Positions 1 through 12,549 are shown, numbered from the whole stretch's first letter. The stretch: DNA of 63,885 bases, filler included, from Octopus bimaculoides (GCF_001194135.2; 8 parts of 7 records of this genome joined end to end with filler, not necessarily neighbours in it), one strand, 5' to 3'. Numbers and translations: made by a program. The notes: generated by a model from the sequence alone, not told the origin.

Positions 1-31
<31 letters not shown>

Positions 32-33
32 AT

Positions 34-181
34 GGGCTTCTTTCCTTTTCCGTCTACCAAATTCACCTACACAACCCGAGGCTATAGTAGAAGATACTTG
101 CTCAAGTGCCAAGCAATGGGACAGAAACGGGAACCATGTGGTTGGGAAGCAAGTCTCTTATCACACAGCCACTCCTGCGCC
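34..181 (-). mobile_element. tRNA-derived SINE, family A (head plus CORE-like body)
   Basis: Reverse complement starts ggcgcaggagtggctgtgtg (A-box), has a B-box-like ggttcccgtttc and gcacttgagcaagtatcttctactatagcc. Matches 59160-59312. Confidence 0.8.
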
Positions 182-1029
182 TATTTATATATATAATTAT
201 TATTATTATTATTATTATAATTATTATTGTTATTGGCGACGGATCCAGTATCAATACCAAGAGGTAATCTTTATATCCAGCTTAACATAGACGTCTTCTT
301 AGAACAGCGAATACTTCGTCATTAGCCTTGAGAGATCCTTTCATGGAGGCGTATGGTGCATAAAAGCATACTGATAGATCGTAGCAGACGAGAATTGGCT
401 GACATGGGCGCCAAAACTACCATATCTCGTGATTTCATTTTAATGGAAAAATCATCAGTAGGAGGCGTCCGATCAGCGAATGCCAGTCAAACCTGGCTGC
501 TATGATATACCAAATATTAGCAACTTTTCAGACACTGATGTCGCAAATAGCCAGCAGGCTTATGTATATGTGTGTGCGTGTGTATGTGTTTGTATGCATG
601 TACATACGTATGTGTGTTTGTGTGTGTGCATCCGTGAGTGTGTGTACGTGCGTGTATGTATGTATATATATATATCTATAATGCTCAATGAAGAATGGAG
701 TTTTCTTTCAGGGAAAAGGAAAAGAGAATGAGTATAAAGCAATGAGAAGGGGCCTAAAGAAATTTAAAATATATTAAACCATAGCAGACCTACAATGATT
801 AACGAAATATATTGCAACGAGTTTATAAAGTATTTCGTTTGTATTCATGTCCCATGATCAAAGGTCTGTAGAAACATGGAATTAGTCGTATTGGACTGCG
901 TGTCATATTAACGGCTGATGATTATTCTTTTTGTTACACTAAAATCTAAAATGTATAAAAATGTATTAAACAACGAAATGGTTGATCACTTTTGCAAGAG
1001 ATTATTCTACCATAACATATCTACTTCAA

Positions 1030-1560
1030 GGAAGGTAGGATCAACTCTTGAATTTCACGTATCTTGCTGTATGAAAATAATGCAATGTCAGTAAGAGGCT
1101 GGTTGTCTGATAACCTTCCGACATCTGCGGTTCTTCTACTAACAACCCGAAAACGATTCGTTTGTTTATTACTGAAGTTAAGTTCAGAAAGCAAAACAAG
1201 AATACGAAACAGAAAGGAAGCCAATTTTATATCAGGGTCACAGAGATAACATCTAAACCTGAAGGCTTTGATTAGAAAAACCTTCAGGTTTCGGTAACTC
1301 GTAATCATCTGGTACGATTTCCTCCATATTACTGAATACTTGAGTGATTGCTTTGATTAACCACAATCTAGAAGAAGCTCCTACAGAGTTGTTCAATTTC
1401 CTGTGTCAAAGGTCTTGATTCAATCTACGAAAGCTATAAAGCCATATAAAGGGCTCGTTTCTGTTCTTGGTGTTTATCAGCAGTTGTTTCAAAGAAATAA
1501 TATCAGTTGTTCTTGTTAAGAAGTCCGAAAACATACTTGGATTAGAGAGGAAATGTTCTA
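1030..1560 (-). pseudogene. Degenerate RTE-clade LINE reverse-transcriptase fragment
   Basis: Minus-strand translation with frameshifts gives ...RTTDIISLKQLL..HQEQKRALYMA..AFVD*IKTFDTGN..L*ELLLDCG... and later DIALFSYSKIREIQELI. These match the RTE RT motifs QxGFRxxRSTxDxIFxLRQLxEKxxEQ, LYxAFVDxxKAFD and ADDxAL. Confidence 0.65.
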
Positions 1561-2124
1561 TTTATAATGATTCTAGGGAGAGATTGTCAATAAGGAGAAA
1601 CCGCTGCAATTTCCTACGACGTTCTTGAAGATAATAACAATAATTGCATCTCAAAGTCTGAAATAAGGAATTCTTACCATATCACTGTAAAAGGTATGTA
1701 AACACTACAAAACGGCTAGTTTCTTCTAAGCTTGAAGAACTGAGTTTCTATGTAATTAGGACAACGGCCTTGATTTTAATTAATTTCAAAAATAGACGTT
1801 TTATTTCATATTTATTAAGACGTTCAACTTGAGTTTTTTCTTAATTTCTTTTTTTTTTTTATTTGTAAGTTTCTTGGAACATAGTTTAATCGAATCAGAA
1901 TCGAGTTAAGAATATCACTGGCATGTTCACACAAACATTATTTATAGCATTTTAGAATCCGTTCTGCCAAAAGAATGCATCCAAAAATATTGAAATGAAC
2001 TAATTCCTTATAATCAGGGTTTATCTGCTGCTTTTCCTTTCCAAAAAGGGAGACTTTATTTGGAAACTGCTGCAGCATTAACAATGAACTTTTATTCTAT
2101 CTTTATCATTGCAGCATATCGATT

Positions 2125-2296
2125 GGAGCATGACTGTGAGGTTACGAAGTTCGTTTTGCAACCACTTGGTTTCAGCTTCGGTTCTACTACGCGGCATATT
2201 GGGAAAGCGTCTTCCATTGTAATCTCGGGCCGACCAAAGACTAGAGAGTGAATTTGGTAGACGAAACTATGCAGAAATTGTCATAAAAAACACACG

Positions 2297-2372
<76 letters not shown>

Positions 2373-2612
2373 GACTGTTGTAGATCGGTATGTGGAGGTA
2401 TATGTGTGTGTCTTCGTGTTTGTTCCTCTCTTCACCGCTGGTGAATCGCTATTGATGTGTTTACACCTCTGTAACTTAGCAGTTCGGCGAAACAGACCGA
2501 TAGAATATATACCAAATTTAAAAAAATAAGTACTTAGAGGTGAATTGTTTGACTAAACCTTTCATGGCACTACTTAGTAGGGTTGCAGTCCAATGACTAA
2601 GGAAAGTAAAAA
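2125..2612 (+). mobile_element. Old composite SINE A-(CA)n-B
   Basis: Degenerate A module (ccgaccaaag..tttggtagacg), a (CA)n tract, then a degenerate B module (gtaacttagcagttcggcgaaacagaccgatagaata). Confidence 0.65.
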
Positions 2613-2639
2613 AAAATATTCCAGGATCCAGTCTTAAAT

Positions 2640-2945
2640 GGTTAGTCAACCTCGATGTTTCTTGAATCATTTTCTTCATTCTCATTTATGGAACGATACT
2701 CAAAACCCGAAGGAATTAATCAAATTGTTTTGGGGGACTTCTTTTCTGGTTTCTCCTCCGAATTTGAATAAAAAGAGCATCAGCTTCCTAAACATACTTA
2801 TGGATGTTTTTAGTTCCCTCTATCGTCCAGAAGAAGTAGTGACTATTTTGTAAGTCCACCACATCGGTGCCGAGTTTCTAAATTAGATGTCTGCCAAACC
2901 AGAGTTTACAAGAACTTTCGAATATAATGTGGCAATTAATTGGAA
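2640..2945 (-). pseudogene. Degenerate APE endonuclease fragment of a LINE, probably the same RTE copy as 1030-1560
   Basis: Minus strand reads IATLYSKVLVNSG..KLGTDVVDLQ..HYFFWT..GFEYRSINE, resembling the RTE APE motifs IATWNVRTL, KLxIDIxxLQE, YTFFW and FEPISER. It is on the same strand as, and upstream of, the RT fragment. Confidence 0.45.
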
Positions 2946-3458
2946 ATATACGTGGATGCAATATAAGCTGGTCTGCTCAGGGCAGCGGTAGTCGCAACTC
3001 TGTTCCAGATATAGAAATTGCTACTATATCGTGAGCACTACCTGAATTTATTTGCTGAGTCTGGGTGGAAAAAATGACGGGTCGACTGAACAATATCTCT
3101 TTACCTGGCTTAATGGAACTGTCCCATAAAACAAGACAAATATCCAAATAGCCGCCTTGGTTTCAAAGATCCCAATATAAGTGGTTTTAAATGCAATTTT
3201 TCAGTGATCACTTAGGAGTTGGCTAAACGACTACTGACGAGAAGATAAACACGTATGAAACTAAAGTCCTGACGATCTCTATTGCTCTCCATTGTGAAAT
3301 TTGTATAAACATGACAGTCATTTACATACTATTCAATATATCTACTTAATTTTAATTAGTATATCCATTCAGTGACGGCTAAAAGCTATGTTTAAATAGA
3401 AACATTATTAACGAGACAGAGTTTATTTAATAAACACATACACATAAACATAAGTGTT

Positions 3459-3489
<31 letters not shown>

Positions 3490-3670
3490 GCAATTATACA
3501 TATAATACATACACATAGATATTACATTCACTCACGTATGTATATACATACATATATACATACATGCATATATATATATNNNNNNNNNNNNNNNNNNNNN
3601 NNNNNNNNNNNNNNNNNNNNNNNNNNNNNNNNNNNNNNNNNNNNNNNNNNNNNNNNNNNNNNNNNNNNNN

Positions 3671-3735
<65 letters not shown>

Positions 3736-3889
3736 CCACTTTTTGAAATAATCTTTATAGATTTTTCATAGAAAGTAGAGCCAACACTGAAATTTACGAA
3801 GTTTCATATACGAATAATTGTATGTAAACATGTTGCAGTGAGTGTCGTTAGAGCATCGTCGGGTGTGTGCTGCCAAAATCCTGCTGCAT

Positions 3890-3931
<42 letters not shown>

Positions 3932-4470
3932 CATATATATATTGTTGTACCATTCAAAACCTTTTATTCTTTACAAACAGTACACAATTCTTCAAGCGAA
4001 CTACAATACTCTCCTATATATATATAGGAGAGTATATACATATATATATATATAGAGAGAGAAAGAGATAGGTTATGAGCGGTAGCGGTGTCAATGAGAC
4101 CCATACGTTTCCTCCAATCAACTCTCTATTTCCTATCTTATCTAAATTAACTATTGCTTAACCATCCTCTCACACCGTCTCCCATGAATGGATATAATAA
4201 ATATCCTGGAAACAGCTGTAAGACCTTCTATTTATAGATGTTCTAAAATATACACAGCCTTGTTATTTTTTATCTCATTACGAAAAGTAAATCCATATAT
4301 AGTACATGGACGTGTTTTGTGTGCGTATACATCATGATATCTCTACCTATCTGTCTATGTATGGATGTATGTATGTATGTATGTATGTATGTATGTATCT
4401 ATCTATCTATCTGTCTGTCTATCTATCTATCTATCTATCTATCTATTTATCTATCAATCTTTAGATAGAC

Positions 4471-4520
<50 letters not shown>

Positions 4521-4844
4521 CTGGATATACAGCAATATATTCTGTCATGACACAGTGACACCTGCAGACAAAACCTAACTTACATATATACCATCAACTT
4601 TCAACTCAGTGCAATGTTTTTCCTGTCATGCAAACAATTCTTTCTCTCTGTTACATTTACCTCCATGTTCCTCCATTTTCCTCCATTTTTCCTGCATCCT
4701 CACCCCCGCCTTCAACCTTCGTTTTACACACCCATAGCTCTTACCAAGACAGAAAAGCACTTTAAAGCTGCAAGCTGCTCTCGCCGTTATGAACGAATTA
4801 TTTTTGTGATGGTAGGGTTAATAGGGGTGGTAATTTGGTGACTG

Positions 4845-5672
4845 TGGTGTCGGTGTGAGTGGTGGTTGGGAGTTTTGCGTGAATAATGGCGATGATAGGG
4901 GAAGCGGTTTTTGAGTGTCGAGGCTGATGAGGCTGGTGGCCGTGATGGTGATCTCGATAGTATTGATGTAGAGGTGGTGGTAGTGGTGGTGGTGGTGGTG
5001 GCGGTTAAGGTGGCGGCGATATTGTTGATGATTGTGACGGCGATGGTGGTGGTAGAAGAAACGTTATTGATGATGAGGGCGGTGTTGATAGTTAAGGGGG
5101 TGGCGGCAGTTGTAGTGGTGGTGGTGATAGTTGTGGCAATGGTGATAGTTGTGGCGGTGGTAGAATAGTTGTTTGGTGGAAGTGGTAATTATAGTGGTGG
5201 TGGTAGTTGTGGTGGTCGTCGCAGTTGTGGTGGTGGTAGTCGCAGTTGTAGTGGTAGTAGTTGTTGTGGTGGTGGCAGTAGCGGTGGTGATAGTTGGGGT
5301 GATGGTGGTGGTACTGGTGCCGGTAATTGTGGCAGCGTTGTAGTGATGGTGGTAGTAGTGGTTCTGGTGGTGGTAGACGTTTATGGTGGTGGTAGTCGTA
5401 GTGATGATTGTGATGGCTGCGGTGTGAGTAGAAGTGGTAGTATCAGTGATGTTGGTGCGGGGACCGATGGTATAGTAACACTGTTAATAATAATGTTGGC
5501 GGTGGCGGCGGTGGAGGAGAAGGTGGCGGCGGTGGAGGAGAAGGTGGTGGCGGTGAAGGTAGTTATGATGGCGGTGGTCAGTATAATAGTGGTGTGTAGA
5601 GACATTTAAAAGAGAGTCAGTGGCTGTTATGAAGATGATGGTGGTAAACAGGGTATTGGTGGATGATGATGG

Positions 5673-5717
<45 letters not shown>

Positions 5718-6150
5718 CGATGATGATGATGACGATGACGATGATGATGATGACGGGGACGACGACGACAACGATGACGATGATGATGAGGATGATGATG
5801 ATGATGATGACGACGACGATGATGATGATGAAGATGACGATGATGATGATAATGATGATGATTACGATGACGATGACACTAATGATAAGGACGAGGACGA
5901 TGATGACGATGATAATGACGATGACGATGATGGTGATTATAATGATGATGGTGATGACGATGATGATGATGACGATGTTGATAGTGATGGTGATGCAGCT
6001 GCTACTGCTAATGTTGATGATGATGATGATGATCATGATCATGATGACGGTGACGAAGATGACGAAGACGATGATGACGATGATGACGATCAGAACGATG
6101 ATGATGACGATGACAATGGTGATAATGATGATGATGAGGATGATATGATG
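4845..6150. repeat. Degenerate (GGT)n grading into (GAT/GAC)n trinucleotide low-complexity block
   Basis: Direct inspection; source of the poly-G/V/D/M/I ORFs. Confidence 0.9.
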
Positions 6151-6575
6151 ATGTGCACCTTGGACAATGTCCGATATCTACCTTTATTAAACGACATTGC
6201 GTAGGTTGAGGGAAGTTTTGCTGTTATTTCTAGCACGCGTATGACCATATTGAGGCACATTGATTGTGACAGGAAATGCAGTTATTATTGTTTTACCTCA
6301 GATCAGATACATTTGAACAGGCGACAACGATCAATAGCGCTCCTGTCATGACCATTCCGTCTTTTTTCTTATATGCAGGGACCTCAAGTTTCCATTATCC
6401 AGTTGTTTTTCTTTTTAAGACGATAGACTGTGAATTGAAGAAGACTTAACTGCTACTTCTAGCAAATTGAGCGTGCACGCAGGGCTGCCGGTAGTTTGAG
6501 AGTTGTGTGTTAACCAGGTGGTAGCTTTCCTATGACGACGGTGGTCGTCATGGTGATGGGGAAACGACAGGTGCA

Positions 6576-6607
<32 letters not shown>

Positions 6608-6732
6608 CGAAAGAAAGAGAGAGAGAAAGAGAGAAACAGCGAGCGAGACAAGTGTGTGTGCGTGCGTATGTCTGTGTATATGAAAGTGTGCGTATATGTA
6701 AGCATGCATACATACATATGTGAGTGTGTGGA

Positions 6733-6770
<38 letters not shown>

Positions 6771-6837
6771 AATATATATACATATATACATGTATATATA
6801 TATATACATAGATACATATTATATATATATACACATA

Positions 6838-6872
<35 letters not shown>

Positions 6873-7269
6873 NNNNNNNNNNNNNNNNNNNNNNNNNNNN
6901 NNNNNNNNNNNNNNNNNNNNNNNNNNNNNNNNNNNNNNNNNNNNNNNNNNNNNNNNNNNNNNNNNNNNNNNNNNNNNNNNNNNNNNNNNNNNNNNNNNNN
7001 NNNNNNNNNNNNNNNNNNNNNNNNNNNNNNNNNNNNNNNNNNNNNNNNNNNNNNNNNNNNNNNNNNNNNNNNNNNNNNNNNNNNNNNNNNNNNNNNNNNN
7101 NNNNNNNNNNNNNNNNNNNNNNNNNNNNNNNNNNNNNNNNNNNNNNNNNNNNNNNNNNNNNNNNNNNNNNNNNNNNNNNNNNNNNNNNNNNNNNNNNNNN
7201 NNNNNNNNNNNNNNNNNNNNNNNNNNNNNNNNNNNNNNNNNNNNNNNNNNNNNNNNNNNNNNNNNNNNN

Positions 7270-7392
7270 AGAGAACGATAGAATAAGTACTAGGCTTACA
7301 AAGAATAAGTCCTGGGGTCGATTTGCTCGACTAAAGGCGGTGCTCCAGCATGGCCGCAGTCAAATGATTGAGACAAATAAAAGAATAAAAGA

Positions 7393-7395
<3 letters not shown>
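7270..7395 (+). mobile_element. SINE B module (3' part)
   Basis: gatagaataagtactaggcttacaaagaataagtcctggggtcg...ccagcatggccgcagtcaaatg; near-identical to 15255-15370 (rc) and 59460-59575. Confidence 0.85.
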
Positions 7396-7448
<53 letters not shown>

Positions 7449-7620
7449 GGAGAGAGAGGTTGATAGAAAGGTGGATAGATAAACAAATTGCTTGATTGAT
7501 AGAAAGATAAATAGATAAAGATCGATTGATATACATATCGATAGCCAGACTGCCAATCAGTCAGACACATATGGACATTTATAGATATAGAAAACGCACG
7601 AAGACAGTTAATCAGCTACT

Positions 7621-7661
<41 letters not shown>

Positions 7662-8134
7662 ACGTGGGCCCACACACTCGCGCGCTCACACTCACACATA
7701 TGCCCTCATACGCACATACACATATCCTCATAGGCATATCAAAGTGCCTGTCTCTCTCTCTATCTATCTGTCTATCTATACACACCCACACACATACTCA
7801 CACACACGCATATATATACGCACACATACATGGATATATATGCATGTGGATATGTTTGAGCGAGTATGCATATATATATATGTGTGTGTGTGTATGTTTG
7901 TGTATGTTCGTATACATATATTTATAAATATATATGTATATATACATACACAAACATGCATGTACACACTCATACACACACACACATATTCACGTATAAT
8001 CTTTTATTGATTTCAGTATATAGTGCCAGAAAGGTAGGCAGATAGACAGAGAGGTAAATAAACGGATAGACTGGCAGATAACGGCGTTCAGGTAAATAGT
8101 TTGAGAGCAAACATTGCACAAATGAATATATGCA

Positions 8135-8228
<94 letters not shown>

Positions 8229-8319
8229 TGTATGTATATAAAATGTTTAGCAGAGAGAAATATAAGGATTTGGAGACCGAGAGAGAAGGATGAAGGAAAA
8301 CAGGTGTAGGGAAGGAGTG

Positions 8320-8775
8320 AAAGAAAAAAAAGAAAGAAGAAAAAGAAGAAGAAAATGAAGAAGAAGATTATGATGAAGAAGATGAAGTAAAAGAAGATGA
8401 AGAAAAAGAAGAAGAAAAGGAAAAGAAGAAAAAGAAAATGAAGAAGAAGAAAAAGAAGATGAAGAATATGAAGAAAAAGAAGAAGACGAAAAAGAAGAAA
8501 ATGAAGAAGAAGAAAAAGAAAATGAAGAAGAAGAAGATTAAGAGAAAAAAGATGCAGAAGATGAAGAAAAAAAAGAAAATGAAGAAGAAGAAAAAGAAGA
8601 AAATGAAGAAGAAGAAGAAGAAGAAGAAGAAAAATAAGAAGAAAAAGAATATGAAGAAGAAGAAAATGAAGAAGAAAAAGAAGAAAAAGAATATGAAGAA
8701 GAAGAAGAAGAAGAAGAAGAAGAAGAAGAAAAAGAAGAAGAAGAAGAAGAAGAAGAAGAAAAAGAAGAAGAAGAA

Positions 8776-8807
<32 letters not shown>

Positions 8808-8835
8808 AGGAAAGTAAAAGAAAGAAGAAAGCAAA
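8320..8835. repeat. (GAA)n-rich microsatellite
   Basis: Direct inspection; internal phase shifts; source of the poly-K/F/L ORFs. Confidence 0.95.
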
Positions 8836-8988
8836 TGAGAAGTAGTAAAAAGACAATGGCATGTAAGAGCGTGTGTAAAGTTGCGGTGATGACGAGAGTC
8901 TGCCTGAAAATTGTCATCACACAGTTGCAATGTCATTTGAGAAGATTTTACATCAGATGGTTGTGTAGAATAAAGACAGTGATGGTAG

Positions 8989-9033
<45 letters not shown>

Positions 9034-9170
9034 AAGGAATAATAAAGAGGGAGAGAGAGAGGGGGAAGATTAAAAGAGTAAAAGATAGAGAGAAGAGAAA
9101 GAGGAAGAGAACAGAGATGAGAAACGGAAAGTTGTGTGTGTATGTGGAGAATAATTCCTTCTAGTGTGAA

Positions 9171-9694
9171 GGCGCGTGAATTAGTGGTTAGGGTAATCGG
9201 CTCATGATCGTAACATCGTGAGTTCGATACTCGTCGGTGCATTGTGTCTCTTGAGCAAGACTCTTTATTTCACGTTGCTCCAGTCCACTCAGCTAGCAAA
9301 AATGAGTAGTACCTGTATTTCAAAGGGCCAACCTTGTCACATTTCGTGTGAAGCTGAATCCCCTTGGGAACTACGTTAACCCTTTAGCATTCAAACCGGC
9401 CACATCAGGCCGAAATATTTAACCTGTTTTATATCGAGACTCGTCAGATCTGACCTCTGACCTCATCCCTACAAAGTAATTCTAAAACTAAGCAATCACG
9501 TTATCAACATCTCTAAACTACAAGATAATGCATGATTATTTCAAAACAATGTGAATAAACAAACATTACATTTGGCAGAATAAGCTGAATACTAAAGGGT
9601 GGAGAATACATTTTCATCTTAATTCCATGAGCAGCCTGCTCCGCTGGTCGGTTCGACTGGAACCCACGTCGTTGTGTAACCGGCAGAGTGCCAG
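9171..9694 (+). mobile_element. tRNA/CORE-like SINE family D, interrupted by a MITE
   Basis: tRNA-like head (tagtggttagg, gagttcgatac), CORE-like ttgagcaagac..tttatttcacgttgctccagtccactcagc, and a tail matching 52688-52800 (rc). Confidence 0.8.
9380..9599. mobile_element. 220-bp piggyBac-type MITE nested in a SINE
   Basis: Left TTAA-CCCTTTAGCATTCA; right TGAATACTAAAGGG (13/14 TIR match). The right TSD is degraded (TGGA). It interrupts the SINE tail at ctacgTTAA. Confidence 0.7.
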
Positions 9695-11639
9695 TATAAA
9701 AATGATTCTTTCTAGTATAAGCACAAGGCCTGAAATTTGAGGAGTGGGAACTATTTAATTACATCGACCTCCAGTGGTCGACTGGTAATTATTTTATCGA
9801 CACCCAAAAGGATGGAAGACTAATGGAAGTAAAAAGGAGACGGGAGAACAAATAGAAGTGAATTATGGGAGTTTGCAGGAAGTGAGACTAATGGTGAGAG
9901 AAGGAGATGATGAATTAGAAATAGAGGGGCTGATGGGATGAGGTTAATGCAGATAAGTTACGGGATTACAGGGGCAGGTATCGATTGAGAGAAAGAGAAA
10001 GGAAAAAGTGAGTTTTGGAGCAGAAGAAAAGTGAGGTTGTAAAAGTGGAAGACAAACGTTGAGAATAGAAGCGAGTGAACGAGAGAGAGAGATAGGTGAG
10101 AGAGGGGTGAGAGAGTATGTGTGTGAGTCAGAAGACAGAAAGAAGAACAGAAACACATGGAAAGTGTTTAAAGCGAGTGACAAAAACAGAGCGAGATAGA
10201 ATGATAAAACGAGAAAGCGGACGTGTGAGTGGGTGTGTGCGCGAGAGAAATAGATAGATGGATATAGAGAGAAAAAGACAGAGAGTGAGAGAAAGAGGGA
10301 GATATACTAAAAGAAATTGGGGGGTGATAGGAAGAGAGTGAGGCAATATAGTTTGTCGCTATCGTTGTTAGTGTTGCTGATAATATTCATTCATTATTTG
10401 TATGTAGTCAGTGTTATTGTTTAGAAGTGTCGCTACTAGTACTAGAATTGTTGACTTGTGCAATCCCCTTTATATATATAATATATATATTGACACGTTG
10501 TTCTTTTAAAAAAAAAATTGGTTTCTGTATATGTTTATTTTATATTTAATCACATCTAAATTCCTGCTTTAAGTTGTTATTTAACATTTTTTTCGTTCTT
10601 AATTGTTTTTATTTTTTTTTCTCATATCCTTTTTTTAAAATAACGATAGTTGCGCCTTTCTCGTTCGTGTCGTCTGCTTATTGAGTGACAAAGGCTGGAA
10701 AATACCCGAAAAAAGTTACGTGGAGAAAACGAGAGAGGGAGAGAAAAAAAAAAAAGGAGAAATAAGGGAAATCACTACAAATAATAATAATAATAATAGT
10801 AATAATAAAAACAAGATAACACAGAACAAAAAATAATTTTGTGGCGCTTTTTAAAAAAAGAAAATAGATTTGTTCGCTTTTAGTTTGGTTTCATATTTGT
10901 TATATTCATATTTATATTTTGTGATTTTATTTCGTTGGCAACCTAAAGATATTCCGTGCCTCTGCTTAATTATATTGCACAAGTAAATATACACAAAACA
11001 TCAACGACAACAACAATAATAAACATAAAAAAACAAGCAAACAAACAAACAGACAAACAGATACACTCTTCTTTCGTCTATAAGGAAGTCAACAACAACA
11101 ACAATAATAATAATTTGACAATTGTGAACGGTATCACTACAAGATAAAAAGGTAAGTTACGATAATTCTCCACTTTTTATGAGTTCAATCATAATTTCGA
11201 GAAAGATATTTAATCAAATATTTTCGTTATTATTTATAATAATTACAGCAAACATCATTTCTTGATTGTCTGCGTCTTCTATTAAAGTGTCGTCTGCTTC
11301 GCCGATTAAGTTAAAATGATAAAAACGAGATAGCTAAAAAGTTTTTGTTTTTGTTTAACCACAGATCAACCTCGATCAAACAACTCTATGTTCATAGGAT
11401 ATTCCAACCGTAGCCACACCCGTTTATTTTTCAATTTTGTGAGGGTACATTATCCAATGGACCTTTTCTTTTATATATCGGTCGCTTGTGATTTTTGAGA
11501 GATTTGGCTGTTATTTCTACTAGGTCTTACAGCCACGTTAGAGTCTCCCATGCCGGCTCGAGAGTTGGAAAGCAAAATATGATATGGTGGGTTACTGTAA
11601 GAAAATATTTAACGTTTCCAGCGGGACCCTTAACATGTT

Positions 11640-12035
11640 GGTTACTATTAATGGTAGTGTTGGTGTTGATGTTGGTGGTGAGCGATGGTGGTGCTGGTGG
11701 TGCTGGTAGTTAGGTGGTTGTGTAGTCTGAAGACGATTTGATGACGATGGTGATGGTGGCGGCGTTGATGGCAGAGGTTATGATGTTTATTGTTGTGGTG
11801 GTGGTTTTGTTTATGGTGACGGTGACGATGGTTCATGATCAGGTGGGGATGGCGGTGATGGTAGTGATGATAGTTGTGGTGGTGGTTGTAACAGTTGTAA
11901 TCGTTGTGGTAGCAGTTGTGTTGGTGTTGGTGCCAGAGATTGTGGTGGTCGTGATGATGATGGGTGTGACTGGTGATGGTCGTTTTTTAGAACTGGTGGT
12001 TGGATTGAAAGAGAGACGGTGTGGAGAAGGTGCCG
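11640..12035. repeat. Degenerate (GGT/GAT/GTT)n block
   Basis: Direct inspection. Confidence 0.85.
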
Positions 12036-12478
12036 TGTAATGGGTGACACTTAAGTTTACAACATTACTTTCACTTTCCAGAAAGTGAAACTGTTTCGTC
12101 ATATAAATCCGAGCTGTATTTATAGTTTTGTTTTAATTTCCTCAACCTGTTCGTTTTCGCACTGCTGAGAAAAAAGAAATACATCAAGAAAAAAAGTAAT
12201 AATAATTGTGATCACAAGAAAAGCAGTAACAGATATGGTACAACGTTCACAATAATTCACAACAAAATTATTTCACTTCGGAATGGAGTCTCATAAAAGG
12301 GACAAAAAAGTTAAATCAAACGAAACGTTTGACAGACAGCTGAAGAAAAAAAAAAAAATTCTTCACCACACCAAAAAAATGTAAAAAGCAAGTTTAGATA
12401 TATATAGTATTAAAATCAAAGTATTTTACGAATGTAAAAGTGATGTCGTAAGTCAAATATCATTCTGTAATAATAATG

Positions 12479-12549
<71 letters not shown>

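Noticed and set aside
3234-3277. CTGACGA...GAAAC-TAAA-GTC as a hammerhead
   Set aside because: Core words are present but stem II and stem I cannot pair.
5620-6204. 194-aa poly-Asp ORF resembling molluscan acidic shell proteins (Aspein/Asprich)
   Set aside because: No signal peptide, several overlapping homopolymer ORFs on both strands, and the same (GAT)n tract type recurs at 19.5, 41.4 and 63.8 kb. Best explained as microsatellite.
7970-8920. Long poly-Lys/Leu/Phe ORFs
   Set aside because: Translations of a (GAA)n tract with internal phase shifts; no unique domain.
9171-9240. tRNA genes suggested by A/B-box sequences (also 17476, 33175, 59160)
   Set aside because: No acceptor stem or cloverleaf; each continues into a SINE body.
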